Positions 38,942 through 48,842 of a DNA stretch of 64,000 nucleotides are shown piece by piece. Below the pieces are notes generated by a model. The model had not been told where the DNA came from and did not search any database. It was given only the letters and a program-made list of their open reading frames with translations. Positions within the stretch are counted from its first letter, which is position 1. Every line of letters begins with the position of its first letter. The position numbers and the translations under genes are program-made. The DNA is from Escherichia phage vB_EcoM-PM133. Location: sequence record MZ234052.1; one strand, written 5' to 3'.

Positions 38942-40640
38942 TTGTGTATTGACCAGATGAAATAGAACTCATAGATGCCATTTTTTCTGTCCAATCACCA
39001 CCAACGTCCCAATCAACTGTCCCAGCAACTTTCCAAGAAAGATTTCCATTTACTGTGTTAGTTTGATTTCCTTCAACTAAAGTGGTAGCATCTCCTTTAA
39101 CTGTAATGTCAGCATTACCTTCAACTACAATAGTAACATTACCTTTAACTAGGATAGTTCCATTGCCTTCAACTGTCTTAGTTTCATCGCCACGTACAAA
39201 TATTGTATTGCTTCCATCTATTTGGTGAAGACGATTATCCATGTTGTAATAAATTTCTGATCCACCGACGTTAGTCTTTTTATCACCGGCTACCAAAAAA
39301 TTACCATCAGCGTTGGTTATATCATACAAATTATCGACAGTTTTTCTTGTTCTTCTTCCTGACGGTGATACTTCTTCATAAGTTCCAGTCGGATGAACTA
39401 ATCTGTATCGTTCTTGCCCAGGAGTATCATCAAATTCCTGAATATGTCCGCTTTCAGTTTCCATTGTATGCACATAAGGATATTCACCTTTATATGAAGA
39501 AACTGGTTCTTTGAATAAAATTCTCGAGTCATTTGGAATAGGAGGGTCAGCCGGGTCAGAAGATTTAGCTACAGTAGCAGCCATTGCTGATAGAGACCTA
39601 GCTGGGGTTTTCACTTCAACACCATATGATTCCAAATTCCCCGTAAGAATAATCATGGTAACACGGGATGCACGGCCTTTTGTTTGTTGATACCACAATG
39701 AATCACGACCGGCTTTATATGCTTTTTCCCAATCTCCGGCTAACATAGCAGTTAACATTGTGTTAAATTTAGCTACACCGCCAACACCCATTTGAAATGC
39801 CATATTTTCTAACGCCATTTGACGAGAACGGTTGACAGCTTGCCAGACTGGTCCTACTTTAGAATGTGATTTAATGTCCCGTTGCATATCAGCCAAATCA
39901 CGTTCAAATAAAGTCGTCGCCTCTTCCATCGTAATAGAACCTGGGTTTCCAGTAATTTCACGACCAACTTGTTTTGATAAAACTTTATTAATTTGAGCCA
40001 TATCACGAACTGGCTGCTTCATGATAAGATGACCAATACCAATTGTCGGATATCCTTCAGTATCCCAATAAACTTTTAGTCTTAATCCTTCATCACGGCG
40101 AAGCATGTCAGCCATTGACATATTTGGATTATCATCGGTTGGAATCTCTGATAGTGGTCTATCATCGGGATTTATTGCAGTGTCTAAGTTACTATCTTGG
40201 ATAATGTTAGAAGACGAATCATATCCTACTTCTCCGCCTTGGTTTAATACATTAGTATCATTTCCTAAACGTCTAGGATATTGCCCAGTTGGGTCAGAAA
40301 ATCCTTCAAGTCTATTCGGTTTTTCGCGAACTATTCCACCATACGTGCCAAGGACAATTCCGTTAGTTTTCCATTTGTCTAAAAAATGACCATAAACTCT
40401 AGTTCCTTCTACCGGTCCAGTAACAGAACCTCCAATTCCAGACATTGCTGCAGAAGTTATAGGTTGAATAACTGACATCCATGGTAATTTTTCAGTTGGA
40501 ATACCCATTACATCGCCTTGTGCTCTTTGAGGTGGATGCAGACCAACCACACGAACACGAACACGACCTAATTTTAATGGGTCCATTCTATCTTCAACAA
40601 CACCAACAAACCAATTAAGGTTATTACTTATCATTTCCAT
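38913..40640 (-). CDS. 5: gp5 baseplate hub with tail lysozyme domain and beta-helix needle
   Basis: 575-aa ORF; lysozyme domain (RRDEGLRLKVYWDTEGYPTIGIGHLI) and C-terminal VxGxxxxx beta-helix repeats. Confidence 0.95.
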   Translation of the reverse strand: MEMISNNLNWFVGVVEDRMDPLKLGRVRVRVVGLHPPQRAQGDVMGIPTEKLPWMSVIQPITSAAMSGIGGSVTGPVEGTRVYGHFLDKWKTNGIVLGTYGGIVREKPNRLEGFSDPTGQYPRRLGNDTNVLNQGGEVGYDSSSNIIQDSNLDTAINPDDRPLSEIPTDDNPNMSMADMLRRDEGLRLKVYWDTEGYPTIGIGHLIMKQPVRDMAQINKVLSKQVGREITGNPGSITMEEATTLFERDLADMQRDIKSHSKVGPVWQAVNRSRQMALENMAFQMGVGGVAKFNTMLTAMLAGDWEKAYKAGRDSLWYQQTKGRASRVTMIILTGNLESYGVEVKTPARSLSAMAATVAKSSDPADPPIPNDSRILFKEPVSSYKGEYPYVHTMETESGHIQEFDDTPGQERYRLVHPTGTYEEVSPSGRRTRKTVDNLYDITNADGNFLVAGDKKTNVGGSEIYYNMDNRLHQIDGSNTIFVRGDETKTVEGNGTILVKGNVTIVVEGNADITVKGDATTLVEGNQTNTVNGNLSWKVAGTVDWDVGGDWTEKMASMSSISSGQYTIDGSRIDIG

Positions 40641-41214
40641 AAGATTTCTCCATTATACGTATAAGGTCGTTCATAAATGAATTAATGTCTGATTTTGCTA
40701 TTATTTTTATTTGACGAAGTTTTTCATTTTCAAGAACAGCATCTTCATACGTATTAACAGCAGCAAGTGCTCCTTCATATTGAGGATATTTTCTAGCTTT
40801 ATCACCTTTATCATACCAAACATATGGATTATCATCGTATGATATTAAATTATAAAATTTTTCACCGTTCTCATTCACATGATATACTATTTGGTCTCCA
40901 CCTACATTTTTGTATTTTTGTATAGATGCTTGATAAGCTGCTTCTTGTGAAGTAATCCATCCATAATACGGGTCATAATTATCATTACACATCAATAAAA
41001 CCCAATACAACTGTGGATTTCCATATATAGTATTTGCTAATTCTTCCGGGCGTGGTGAACCTTTGATATAATAAGTACGTAAGCGGTATCCCGCAAGAGC
41101 GCGTTTAAAATAGTCTTTATAGTTTCTAAAAATATCTGTCATAGGAATAGTCGGCGCGTTTTTATTCACCGTTTTGGCCGCATATTCAATCGGATCAAAA
41201 AATGTAAAGAGCAT
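40624..41214 (-). CDS. 53: gp53 baseplate wedge protein
   Basis: 196-aa ORF; late promoter upstream. Confidence 0.85.
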   Translation of the reverse strand: MLFTFFDPIEYAAKTVNKNAPTIPMTDIFRNYKDYFKRALAGYRLRTYYIKGSPRPEELANTIYGNPQLYWVLLMCNDNYDPYYGWITSQEAAYQASIQKYKNVGGDQIVYHVNENGEKFYNLISYDDNPYVWYDKGDKARKYPQYEGALAAVNTYEDAVLENEKLRQIKIIAKSDINSFMNDLIRIMEKSYGNDK

Positions 41215-41227
41215 GGGCCCTCCTGTT

Positions 41228-41251
41228 TATAAATATATTATCTATTTATAA
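41228..41251. promoter_or_regulatory. divergent late promoters (gene 4 plus, gene 53 minus)
   Basis: Plus TATAAATA at 41228-41235 before gene 4; plus-strand tatttata at 41244-41251 is the minus-strand TATAAATA before gene 53. Confidence 0.6.
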
Positions 41252-41261
41252 GGAGAATCCA

Positions 41262-41714
41262 ATGGCATATTCTGGAAAATGGGTTCCTAAAAATATATCA
41301 AAGTATAGAGGTGACCCTAAAAAAATTACGTATAGATCAAATTGGGAAAAATTCTTTTTTGAATGGTTAGATAAAAATCCAGAAATTATTGCATGGGGTA
41401 GTGAAACAGCAGTAATTCCTTATTTTTGTAATGCAGAAGGGAAAAAACGTAGATACTTCATGGATATTTGGATGAAAGATTCTTCTGGACAAGAATTTTT
41501 TATTGAAATAAAACCTAAAAAAGAAACACAACCACCAGTTAAACCAGCACATCTAACAACCGCAGCGAAGAAAAGATTTATGAATGAAATTTATACATAT
41601 TCTGTTAATACCGACAAATGGAAAGCAGCGCAAGCTTTAGCTGAAAAGCGTGGAATAAAATTTAGAATTCTGACAGAAGATGGATTACGAGCTCTTGGCT
41701 TTAAGGGGGCATAA
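41262..41714 (+). CDS. 4: gp4 head completion protein
   Basis: 150-aa ORF; plus-strand TATAAATA 27 nt upstream. Confidence 0.85.
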   Translation: MAYSGKWVPKNISKYRGDPKKITYRSNWEKFFFEWLDKNPEIIAWGSETAVIPYFCNAEGKKRRYFMDIWMKDSSGQEFFIEIKPKKETQPPVKPAHLTTAAKKRFMNEIYTYSVNTDKWKAAQALAEKRGIKFRILTEDGLRALGFKGA

Positions 41715-42538
41715 TGGCTATTTTTCAAATAATTAATGAAAGCACTCCCCAAGTTCCAAAGGTTAAGCAATCATTAAACGAAAAGAAATGGATTCAGATA
41801 GGTCTTGAATATAAAAAGGCCAAAGCAAAAGGAATGACAGGAAAGCAATTTGCTGAAGAAAGAGGAATCAAATACTCTACGTTTACTTCAGCAATGTCAA
41901 AATATGCTTCAGGAATTAAAACGGCTGAAAAGATTCAAAAGCTTGAATCAAAACCAATGAATAAACTCAATAAGCAAGAAAGACAACTGCTTATGATAAA
42001 TTCATTCAGACAAACATTGCGCGATAAAATTCGTAATGAAGGCGCAGCAATTAATAATAAAACCAGAAAGTGGTTTGCTGAAACTATTAAGCAAGTAAAA
42101 GGACATAAAGTTGTTCGCCCGCAGCCGGGACGAATATATGCTTTTGCTTATGATGCTAAACACAAGGAAACTCTTCCTTACTGGGATAAATTTCCTTTGA
42201 TAATTTACCTTGGTTTAGGTAAGCATAATTTAATGTACGGATTGAACTTGCACTATATTCCACCTAAAGCTCGTCAGCAATTCCTAGAAGAGCTTTTAAA
42301 GCAATATGCAAATACACCTACTATTACTAATAAAACGAAATTAAAAATTGATTGGAGTCAAGTGAAAGGATTTAGGGGTGCAGACCAAATGATTAAGGCA
42401 TATATACCTGGTAATGTTATGGGTAGCCTTGTTGAAATCGCCCCGAAAGACTGGGCGAACGTTGTATTAATGCCACTTCAGCAGTTCGTTTCAAAAGGAA
42501 AACGTTTCTCTGCAAACAAAGTCTGGTCAAATATCTAA
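41714..42538 (+). CDS. 2: gp2 DNA end protector protein
   Basis: 274-aa ORF; ATG overlaps the gene 4 stop. Confidence 0.85.
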   Translation: MAIFQIINESTPQVPKVKQSLNEKKWIQIGLEYKKAKAKGMTGKQFAEERGIKYSTFTSAMSKYASGIKTAEKIQKLESKPMNKLNKQERQLLMINSFRQTLRDKIRNEGAAINNKTRKWFAETIKQVKGHKVVRPQPGRIYAFAYDAKHKETLPYWDKFPLIIYLGLGKHNLMYGLNLHYIPPKARQQFLEELLKQYANTPTITNKTKLKIDWSQVKGFRGADQMIKAYIPGNVMGSLVEIAPKDWANVVLMPLQQFVSKGKRFSANKVWSNI

Positions 42539-42644
42539 TTCTATTATCTTCCATTCTTTTCTGTTGTTTGTTCTAAATGGAATTGAATGGAAGGGACTTA
42601 GACCCATTATACCACCAACAGTTATAAAGCATTATGAGGAATAT

Positions 42645-43175
42645 ATGTCGCAAGCACTGCAACAAATTTTTAACCAAGCAAATACAACTAACTTTGTAGT
42701 ATCAATACCACATAGTAATACTACATCTGCTTTTACTTTAAATGCTCAGTCAGTTCCTATTCCAGGAATTAGAATACCTGTTACTGATACCGTGACTGGG
42801 CCGTTTGGACTGGGCCGAGCACAACGTCCAGGTGCTACATTTGAGTACGATCCACTCATCGTGAGATTTATAGTTGATGAAGAACTTAAGTCATGGATAG
42901 GAATGTATGAATGGATGCTAGGAACTAGCAACTATCTTACAGGTGAAAATACTGCCCAAAAAACAGGTCCTGAATACATTACGCTTTACATTTTAGATAA
43001 TAGCAAAACTGAAATCGTGATGTCAATAAATTTTTATAAGCCTTGGGTTTCTGACCTATCTGAAGTAGAATTTAGCTACACAGAAGATTCAGACCCAGCT
43101 TTAGTATGCACAGCAACGATTCCTTATACGTATTTTCAAGTAGAAAAAGATGGAAAAATTATAGCGGAAGTTTAA
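42645..43175 (+). CDS. 3: gp3 tail completion / sheath stabiliser
   Basis: Start chosen at MSQALQQIFNQANTTNF (176 aa) with RBS GAGGAA; ORF track extends upstream to 42564. Confidence 0.8.
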   Translation: MSQALQQIFNQANTTNFVVSIPHSNTTSAFTLNAQSVPIPGIRIPVTDTVTGPFGLGRAQRPGATFEYDPLIVRFIVDEELKSWIGMYEWMLGTSNYLTGENTAQKTGPEYITLYILDNSKTEIVMSINFYKPWVSDLSEVEFSYTEDSDPALVCTATIPYTYFQVEKDGKIIAEV

Positions 43176-43199
43176 TGCTTCAGTTTCATGTGTTATAAT
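43176..43199 (+). promoter_or_regulatory. MotA-dependent middle promoter upstream of gene 1
   Basis: TGCTTCA at 43176-43182, 11 nt spacer, extended -10 TGtTATAAT at 43191-43199. Confidence 0.5.
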
Positions 43200-43224
43200 C
43201 TTAACTAAATTTGAGGAGAAACAT

Positions 43225-43949
43225 ATGAAATTAATCTTTTTAAGCGGTGTAAAGCGTAGTGGAAAAGATACTACTGCTGATTTTATCATGAGCAATTATT
43301 CTGCAGTTAAATACCAACTTGCTGGTCCTATTAAGGATGCATTGGCTTATGCATGGGGAGTATTTGCAGCAAATACCGACTATCCTTGCTTAACTCGTAA
43401 AGAGTTTGAAGGAATTGACTATGATCGTGAGACTAATTTAAATCTAACTAAATTAGAAGTAATCACGATTATGGAACAAGCATTTTGCTATCTTAATGGT
43501 AAAAGCCCAATTAAAGGTGTGTTTGTTTTTGATGACGAAGGACAAGAATCAGTTAATTCCGTAGCATTTAACAAGATTATTGACGTTATAAATAATATTG
43601 AAGATCAATGGTCAGTCCGTCGTCTGATGCAAGCCCTAGGTACGGATTTGATTGTTAATAACTTCGACCGCATGTACTGGGTAAAATTATTTGCTTTAGA
43701 TTATCTTGATAAATTTAACTCAGGTTATGATTATTATATCGTTCCTGATACCCGTCAAGATCATGAAATGGATGCGGCTAGGGCGATGGGTGCTACAGTA
43801 ATTCATGTAGTTCGTCCTGGTCAAAAATCCAATGATACACATATTACAGAAGCTGGATTGCCAATTCGTGATGGCGATTTAGTAATTACAAACGATGGTT
43901 CTCTTGAAGAACTTTTTTCTAAAATTAAAAATACACTAAAGGTACTATA

Positions 43950-43950
<1 letters not shown>
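43225..43950 (+). CDS. 1: gp1 deoxynucleoside monophosphate kinase
   Basis: 241-aa ORF with P-loop GVKRSGKDT; RBS GAGGAG. Confidence 0.9.
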
Positions 43951-44647
<697 letters not shown>

Positions 44648-44659
44648 TTTCACAAAGTT

Positions 44660-44689
44660 GTTTACATACTGATGAGGTAGTGATACTAT
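44660..44689 (+). promoter_or_regulatory. T4-type early (sigma70) promoter
   Basis: -35 TTTACA (44661-44666), 17 nt spacer, extended -10 TGaTACTAT (44681-44689); shares a 23-mer with the next promoter. Confidence 0.6.
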
Positions 44690-44698
44690 TACCTCATC
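44671..44698 (+). repeat. promoter-embedded inverted repeat cassette, copy 1
   Basis: Arms gatgaggta / tacctcatc flank the -10 core gtgatactat; related copies at 45036-45068, 45338-45367 and 63944-63973. Confidence 0.6.
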
Positions 44699-44719
44699 AA
44701 AATTAATTAGGAAAATAAA

Positions 44720-45011
44720 ATGAAAACATTTAAAGAATTTACTTCTACTACAACTACCCCGGTTTCTACCATTACCGAAGCTACTCTTACTTCTGAAGTT
44801 ATTAAAGCAAATAAATGACGAGAAGGTAAACCAATGATTAGTCTGGTTGATGGCGAAGAAATCAAAGGTACTGTTTATCTAGGTGATGGGTGGTCTGCTA
44901 AAAAGGATGGTGCTACAATCGTTATCTCTCCTGCTGAAGAAACTGCGTTGTTTAAAGCTAAACACATTTCTGCGGCACATCTCAAGATTATTGCTAAAAA
45001 TCTTTTGTAAT
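44720..45011 (+). pseudogene. ipI-like internal protein gene interrupted by in-frame TGA (codon 33)
   Basis: ATG at 44720 gives MKTFKEFTSTTTTPVSTITE...KANK, then TGA at 44816-44818, then the same frame continues REGKPMISLVDGEEIKGTVYLGDGWSAKKDG... to TAA at 45009-45011. Confidence 0.55.
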
Positions 45012-45029
45012 AAACAATTTCACAAAGTT

Positions 45030-45059
45030 GTTTACATAGGGTTTTAGTTGTGATACTAT
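45030..45059 (+). promoter_or_regulatory. T4-type early promoter
   Basis: -35 TTTACA (45031-45036), 17 nt spacer, -10 TGaTACTAT (45051-45059). Confidence 0.6.
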
Positions 45060-45093
45060 TACCCTATCAAAACAAAACCAAATGGAAATCAAA

Positions 45094-45327
45094 ATGAAAA
45101 CTTACCAAGAATTTATTGCTGAAACTGCTGATGTAAAAGTTGAGTTTATTTACACTGGCAAGAAAGATAAAATGGGTGAAATGCCTCATGGAGTTCTTCG
45201 TGATGCATTAGATAATTTCGGTCAACTCGCCGCAGAAGATTACGGTGATAAAATTGTTGTTACTGGTCCTGCTGCAGTTATTGAAAAATGGGCAGCAGAA
45301 AATAAATCAATTTTTCGTAAAAAATAA
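45094..45327 (+). CDS. internal-protein-like ORF with capsid targeting sequence
   Basis: ATG at 45094 gives MKTYQEFIAE...; early promoter cassette upstream. Confidence 0.6.
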   Translation: MKTYQEFIAETADVKVEFIYTGKKDKMGEMPHGVLRDALDNFGQLAAEDYGDKIVVTGPAAVIEKWAAENKSIFRKK

Positions 45328-45357
45328 GTTTACTTTTAGATAGGGTAGTGATACTAT
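45328..45357 (+). promoter_or_regulatory. T4-type early promoter
   Basis: -35 TTTACT (45329-45334), 17 nt spacer, -10 TACTAT (45352-45357). Confidence 0.55.
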
Positions 45358-45385
45358 TACCCTATCTACTACTGAGGAGAATAAA

Positions 45386-45571
45386 ATGAAACGTTGTGAA
45401 TTAATTCGAAATGTTGCTATTGCAATTTCTGCTTCCGCTTTCAGTTTTTCAATGTTTGTTGGATTTATATGCGGATTATTGACTACGGCAGAAAATGTTT
45501 TTTCACTTGTAGTAGCATTTTTAATTGGTTTAATTGCTATTGTTATGGATAAAATTTCTAAAGGTGAATAA
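45386..45571 (+). CDS. small hydrophobic membrane protein
   Basis: 61-aa ORF with RBS GAGGAG; two predicted transmembrane segments. Confidence 0.5.
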   Translation: MKRCELIRNVAIAISASAFSFSMFVGFICGLLTTAENVFSLVVAFLIGLIAIVMDKISKGE

Positions 45572-45969
45572 TGAACGTTGAATATTATGTATATGCGGAT
45601 TACGAAAATAATCCGTCTAAAGATGAAGATAATCGTTTAGGTGTAGATGCTTTCGATTCCCCTGCGGCGGCATGGCAATGGGTTGAAAGAACCGATATTC
45701 CTTACCGTTATATTGAAGTGGTTGACCACGCAGGAAACAAGTATCCTAAGGAAGCATATGTTGCTTCCGGGAAGGTAAATTTCCTTTTGTTTGCAGGTGA
45801 TAATTATTATCCCCGTGGTGGGTATACCGATTTAATTGCTAAAGCATTCTCTGAAGATGAACTCCGTGACATTATCAAAGAAAATGAAAACAAACCGATG
45901 GATTCTAATCGCTTTGATTGGTGGCAAATCGTAAATGCTAATACTCACACTATTGTTGATGAAGGCTGA
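45571..45969 (+). CDS. hypothetical protein
   Basis: 132-aa ORF; start overlaps the preceding stop. Confidence 0.55.
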   Translation: MNVEYYVYADYENNPSKDEDNRLGVDAFDSPAAAWQWVERTDIPYRYIEVVDHAGNKYPKEAYVASGKVNFLLFAGDNYYPRGGYTDLIAKAFSEDELRDIIKENENKPMDSNRFDWWQIVNANTHTIVDEG

Positions 45970-45971
45970 TA

Positions 45972-46259
45972 ATGATTCTTTATGCGAAAGTATCATCCAT
46001 TGAAAATGGATATAAATATGATCAAGACGCGGCTAAAGCTTTGATTGATGATTATGGCATTTTAACATGTTTTGAAGTTGAAAAGGTTTACATTGACCGT
46101 TCATCTTCTCAAGTTAAATTAGTGAAGGAAGAACGTAAATTTAATACAGTAAATTTTGATTTCTTTATTGAAACAGAAAAAGGTCCTCTTGAATATGATA
46201 TTTTCAAGAATCCTTTGGGTCTTGAATGCATCGTAAATATGTATTATTATAAATGGTAA
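45972..46259 (+). CDS. hypothetical protein
   Basis: 95-aa ORF immediately upstream of the tRNA cluster. Confidence 0.5.
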   Translation: MILYAKVSSIENGYKYDQDAAKALIDDYGILTCFEVEKVYIDRSSSQVKLVKEERKFNTVNFDFFIETEKGPLEYDIFKNPLGLECIVNMYYYKW

Positions 46260-46356
46260 ATATGCTTTAAGAATTATTTGTTATTATTAACTCATATCGC
46301 ACTGATTAATACCCTCTATCATCAAGGGTTCTTGCTTAAGAGCCTTTGTTAATAAT

Positions 46357-46429
46357 TGGGAATTAGCCAAGTTGGTAAGGCACTGGATTTTGATTCCAGG
46401 ATGCAAAGGTTCGAGTCCTTTATTCCCAG
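46357..46429 (+). tRNA. tRNA-Gln (anticodon UUG)
   Basis: Cloverleaf: acceptor tgggaat/attccca, anticodon stem ctgga/tccag, loop ttTTGat; CCA not encoded. Confidence 0.85.
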
Positions 46430-46430
46430 C

Positions 46431-46517
46431 GCGAGAATGGCCAAATTGGTAAAGGCACAGCACTTAAAATGCTGCGGAATGATTTCCTTGTGGGTTCGAG
46501 TCCCACTTCTCGCACCA
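46431..46517 (+). tRNA. tRNA-Leu (anticodon UAA)
   Basis: Acceptor gcgagaa/ttctcgc, loop ctTAAaa, long variable arm; CCA encoded. Confidence 0.85.
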
Positions 46518-46522
46518 AATTT

Positions 46523-46596
<74 letters not shown>

Positions 46597-46606
46597 ATTT
46601 AATTTA

Positions 46607-46680
46607 CTCCGTGTAGCTCAGTTTGGTAGAGCGTCTGCTTTGGGAGCAGAATGTCGTAGGTTCAAATCCTGCCACGGAGA
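46607..46680 (+). tRNA. tRNA-Pro (anticodon UGG)
   Basis: Acceptor ctccgtg/cacggag, D-arm agctcagtttggtagagc, loop ttTGGga. Confidence 0.85.
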
Positions 46681-46682
46681 CT

Positions 46683-46772
46683 GGAGGCGTGGCAGAGTGG
46701 TTTAATGCACCGGTCTTGAAAACCGGCAGTCGCTCCGGCGACTCATAGGTTCAAATCCTATCGCCTCCGCCA
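46683..46772 (+). tRNA. tRNA-Ser (anticodon UGA)
   Basis: Acceptor ggaggcg/cgcctcc, loop ctTGAaa, long variable arm; CCA encoded. Confidence 0.85.
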
Positions 46773-46777
46773 GTTTT

Positions 46778-46853
46778 GCTGATTTAGCTCAGTAGGTAGA
46801 GCAACTCACTTGTAATGAGAAGGTCGGCGGTTCGATTCCGTCAATCAGCACCA
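46778..46853 (+). tRNA. tRNA-Thr (anticodon UGU)
   Basis: Acceptor gctgatt/aatcagc, loop ctTGTaa; CCA encoded. Confidence 0.8.
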
Positions 46854-46854
46854 A

Positions 46855-46929
46855 GGCCCTGTAGCTGGAAGGTTCAAGCAAGCGACTCATAATCGCCAGA
46901 TGGTGGTTCAATTCCACCCAGGGCCACCA
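46855..46929 (+). tRNA. tRNA-Ile (anticodon CAU, probably lysidine-modified; could score as Met)
   Basis: Acceptor ggccctg/cagggcc, loop ctCATaa; T4-like phages carry an AUA-reading tRNA-Ile at this position. Confidence 0.7.
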
Positions 46930-46938
46930 AATTAATTT

Positions 46939-47025
46939 GGGGAGTTATCCCGTAGAGGTAGCGGTGTGGACTGTAAATTCATTGTCATTGCGACTCGGGT
47001 GGTTCGACTCCACCACTCCCCACCA
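46939..47025 (+). tRNA. tRNA-Tyr (anticodon GUA)
   Basis: Acceptor ggggagt/actcccc, loop ctGTAaa, long variable arm; architecture like bacterial tRNA-Tyr. Confidence 0.7.
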
Positions 47026-47029
47026 ATTT

Positions 47030-47104
47030 GGATGTGTAGCTCAATAGCAGAGCGATCGCCTGTTAAGCGATTGGTTATAGGTTCGAATCCTATCACGTCC
47101 GCCA
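47030..47104 (+). tRNA. tRNA-Asn (anticodon GUU)
   Basis: Acceptor ggatgtg/cacgtcc, D-stem gctc/gagc, anticodon stem atcgc/gcgat, loop ctGTTaa; CCA encoded. Confidence 0.75.
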
Positions 47105-47108
47105 AATA

Positions 47109-47184
47109 CGAGGCATAGCTCAGAAGGAAGAGCAAGGACCTTCTAAGTCCTGGGTCGTAGGTTCGATCCCTACTGCCTCGACCA
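47109..47184 (+). tRNA. tRNA-Arg (anticodon UCU)
   Basis: Acceptor cgaggca/tgcctcg, anticodon stem aggac/gtcct, loop ctTCTaa; CCA encoded. Confidence 0.85.
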
Positions 47185-47500
47185 GACAAGAAGCCGGGTC
47201 GCTACCGGCAAGTCGTCGGACTGATGTTCCCTGTTTAAGGACTGGTATTAATAAATCTTTATGTTTTGTTAATGTCCCCTTATATCACAGCAGAAACGGC
47301 GCACCGAATTATCGATTCGAGGAAATATCTTTGCCGTAAGCCGAGTAGCGTTTTTGACGGAACGTTCGGATATGGTCGAGATATGGCCTTTTAAAAATAT
47401 TGAGTAGCGTCAACTGCTTAATAACCGGGTTCGAATCCCGGCGTTTCGTACAAACACTTGCCTTAGCAGGTGGAACCCCGACAAGGTTGCCGCAAGGCTT
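47185..47500 (+). ncRNA. candidate small stable RNA region (rnaC/rnaD-like) with tRNA-like T-arm
   Basis: No ORF; contains ccgggttcgaatcccgg T-arm-like element; lies between tRNA-Arg and a terminator, where T4 encodes stable RNA species 1 and 2. Confidence 0.3.
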
Positions 47501-47528
47501 AGCCCCGACCGAAAGGTTGGGGCTTTTT
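47501..47528 (+). terminator. rho-independent terminator after the tRNA / stable RNA region
   Basis: Hairpin agccccgaccgaaaggttggggct followed by TTTTT. Confidence 0.7.
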
Positions 47529-47530
47529 AG

Positions 47531-47538
47531 TATAAATA
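47531..47538 (+). promoter_or_regulatory. late promoter TATAAATA
   Basis: Directly after the terminator at 47501-47528 and 37 nt before the ATG at 47575. Confidence 0.5.
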
Positions 47539-47574
47539 AGTATATTAAAACCCCGAATTAAAACAGGAAATAAG

Positions 47575-48048
47575 ATGAAATCATATACTCAATTTTTAAA
47601 TGAAGCGGTGTTAAATGAAGCATCTAGCACTGAAATTCAAGCTGTTGCAAAAGCTGCCATTGCCGCGGGTAAATATTCCTATAAAGATGCTTCCGATGAA
47701 TCACGATTCCAATTTGCTCGTGATATGAAAGCCGAAGGATTTACAGGGAATGCAGTTAGTATGGCTTGGAAAAGTTTAGTTGCTACTGGAGCTGCTTTTG
47801 CAAAGGCTTCAGGTAAACCTGCTCCTAAAGCAGATCCTAAAGTCACACAAGAGAAAAATATTGTTAAAGGAATTATCTCCAAATATGAAGCTATCCTTAA
47901 AGAGCTTTTAGTAATCAAAACTGAAGGCCAAAAGCTAGCTCGTGCTTATAGTTTCAAAGATAACCCACATGTTCACTCTCTTGAGTATGTTGAAGACATC
48001 CAAAAAATTATTAAAGACCGCATTTGGTCTGCTAAACAAATCAAATAA
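47575..48048 (+). CDS. hypothetical protein with internal-protein-like N-terminus
   Basis: 157-aa ORF starting MKSYTQFLNEA; TATAAATA late promoter 37 nt upstream. Confidence 0.55.
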   Translation: MKSYTQFLNEAVLNEASSTEIQAVAKAAIAAGKYSYKDASDESRFQFARDMKAEGFTGNAVSMAWKSLVATGAAFAKASGKPAPKADPKVTQEKNIVKGIISKYEAILKELLVIKTEGQKLARAYSFKDNPHVHSLEYVEDIQKIIKDRIWSAKQIK

Positions 48049-48055
48049 CATTCTT

Positions 48056-48084
48056 AGCCCCGACCAAAAGGTTGGGGCTTTTTG
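48056..48084 (+). terminator. rho-independent terminator
   Basis: Hairpin agccccgaccaaaaggttggggct followed by TTTTT; near-copy of the terminator at 47501. Confidence 0.7.
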
Positions 48085-48217
48085 GTATCTAGGCCTTTCC
48101 GGGCCTCTCTAGACATCATTTAGTTTCTACCCTTTATAATATATTATCCTATCTTTTAATTGCCCCTCCCTGCCCTAGAATTCCCTAAAACTTTTTAAAA
48201 AATTTTTTCACAAAACT

Positions 48218-48248
48218 GTTTACACCCCTGTTCTTCCATGGTACTATA
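48218..48248 (+). promoter_or_regulatory. T4-type early promoter
   Basis: -35 TTTACA (48219-48224) with A/T-rich upstream, -10 TACTAT (48243-48248). Confidence 0.5.
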
Positions 48249-48289
48249 CAACTATCAACTACTGATACAAAAACAACTTGGAGAATGAA

Positions 48290-48553
48290 ATGGATAATTA
48301 CGGCGAACTGTTCAACTTCTTTATGAAATGTGTTTCAGAAGATTTCGGTCGTACAGTGAATGATATTAAAGTTATCGGTCCTGACCATCCGATGTTTGAA
48401 ACCTATGCAGTAATGGGTAATGAAGATGGTCAGTGGTATACTGTAAAGGTTGTGATTAACATGTTCACTGCTGAAGGTTATGTTAAACTGTCTTCTAAAG
48501 TTTACCATGATAACGATGAAATCGCAGAAGAATATTTCAATAATATGAAATAA
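48290..48553 (+). CDS. hypothetical protein
   Basis: ATG at 48290 after RBS GGAG; ORF track begins at an upstream TTG (48278). Confidence 0.5.
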   Translation: MDNYGELFNFFMKCVSEDFGRTVNDIKVIGPDHPMFETYAVMGNEDGQWYTVKVVINMFTAEGYVKLSSKVYHDNDEIAEEYFNNMK

Positions 48554-48622
48554 TTGTGTACAAACGCCAAGGACGGTGTTATTATAGACTTATCAAAACA
48601 AATACAGAAAACGGAGAAATAA

Positions 48623-48799
48623 ATGACTACTTTAATTATTTGGTTCGACGAAAATGAAGAAACATACTGCGTGAACATTGGCGAAAGCCCAATGCCAGAA
48701 TTTGAATCTTCGGATAAAAACTCGGTTGTATCTTGGGCTGAAGGTTATAAAGCAGCAAAAGGCGATGTTGAAATAGTTTACAAACTATCCGGAGTATAA
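48623..48799 (+). CDS. hypothetical small protein
   Basis: 58-aa ORF with RBS ACGGAGAAATAAATG; preferred over the antisense ORF 48636..48824. Confidence 0.4.
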   Translation: MTTLIIWFDENEETYCVNIGESPMPEFESSDKNSVVSWAEGYKAAKGDVEIVYKLSGV

Positions 48800-48842
48800 T
48801 ACTCTCATGGATTTTAAATCTCAATTAACCTAAGGAAATACT

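Noticed and set aside
46331-46356. MotA-box-like TTGCTTAA just upstream of tRNA-Gln
   Set aside because: Any matching -10 would put the transcription start inside the tRNA; probably a chance match, with the tRNAs transcribed from further upstream.
48636-48824. 62-aa minus-strand ORF
   Set aside because: In an otherwise plus-strand early region; a plus-strand ORF with a good RBS (48623..48799) covers the same DNA.
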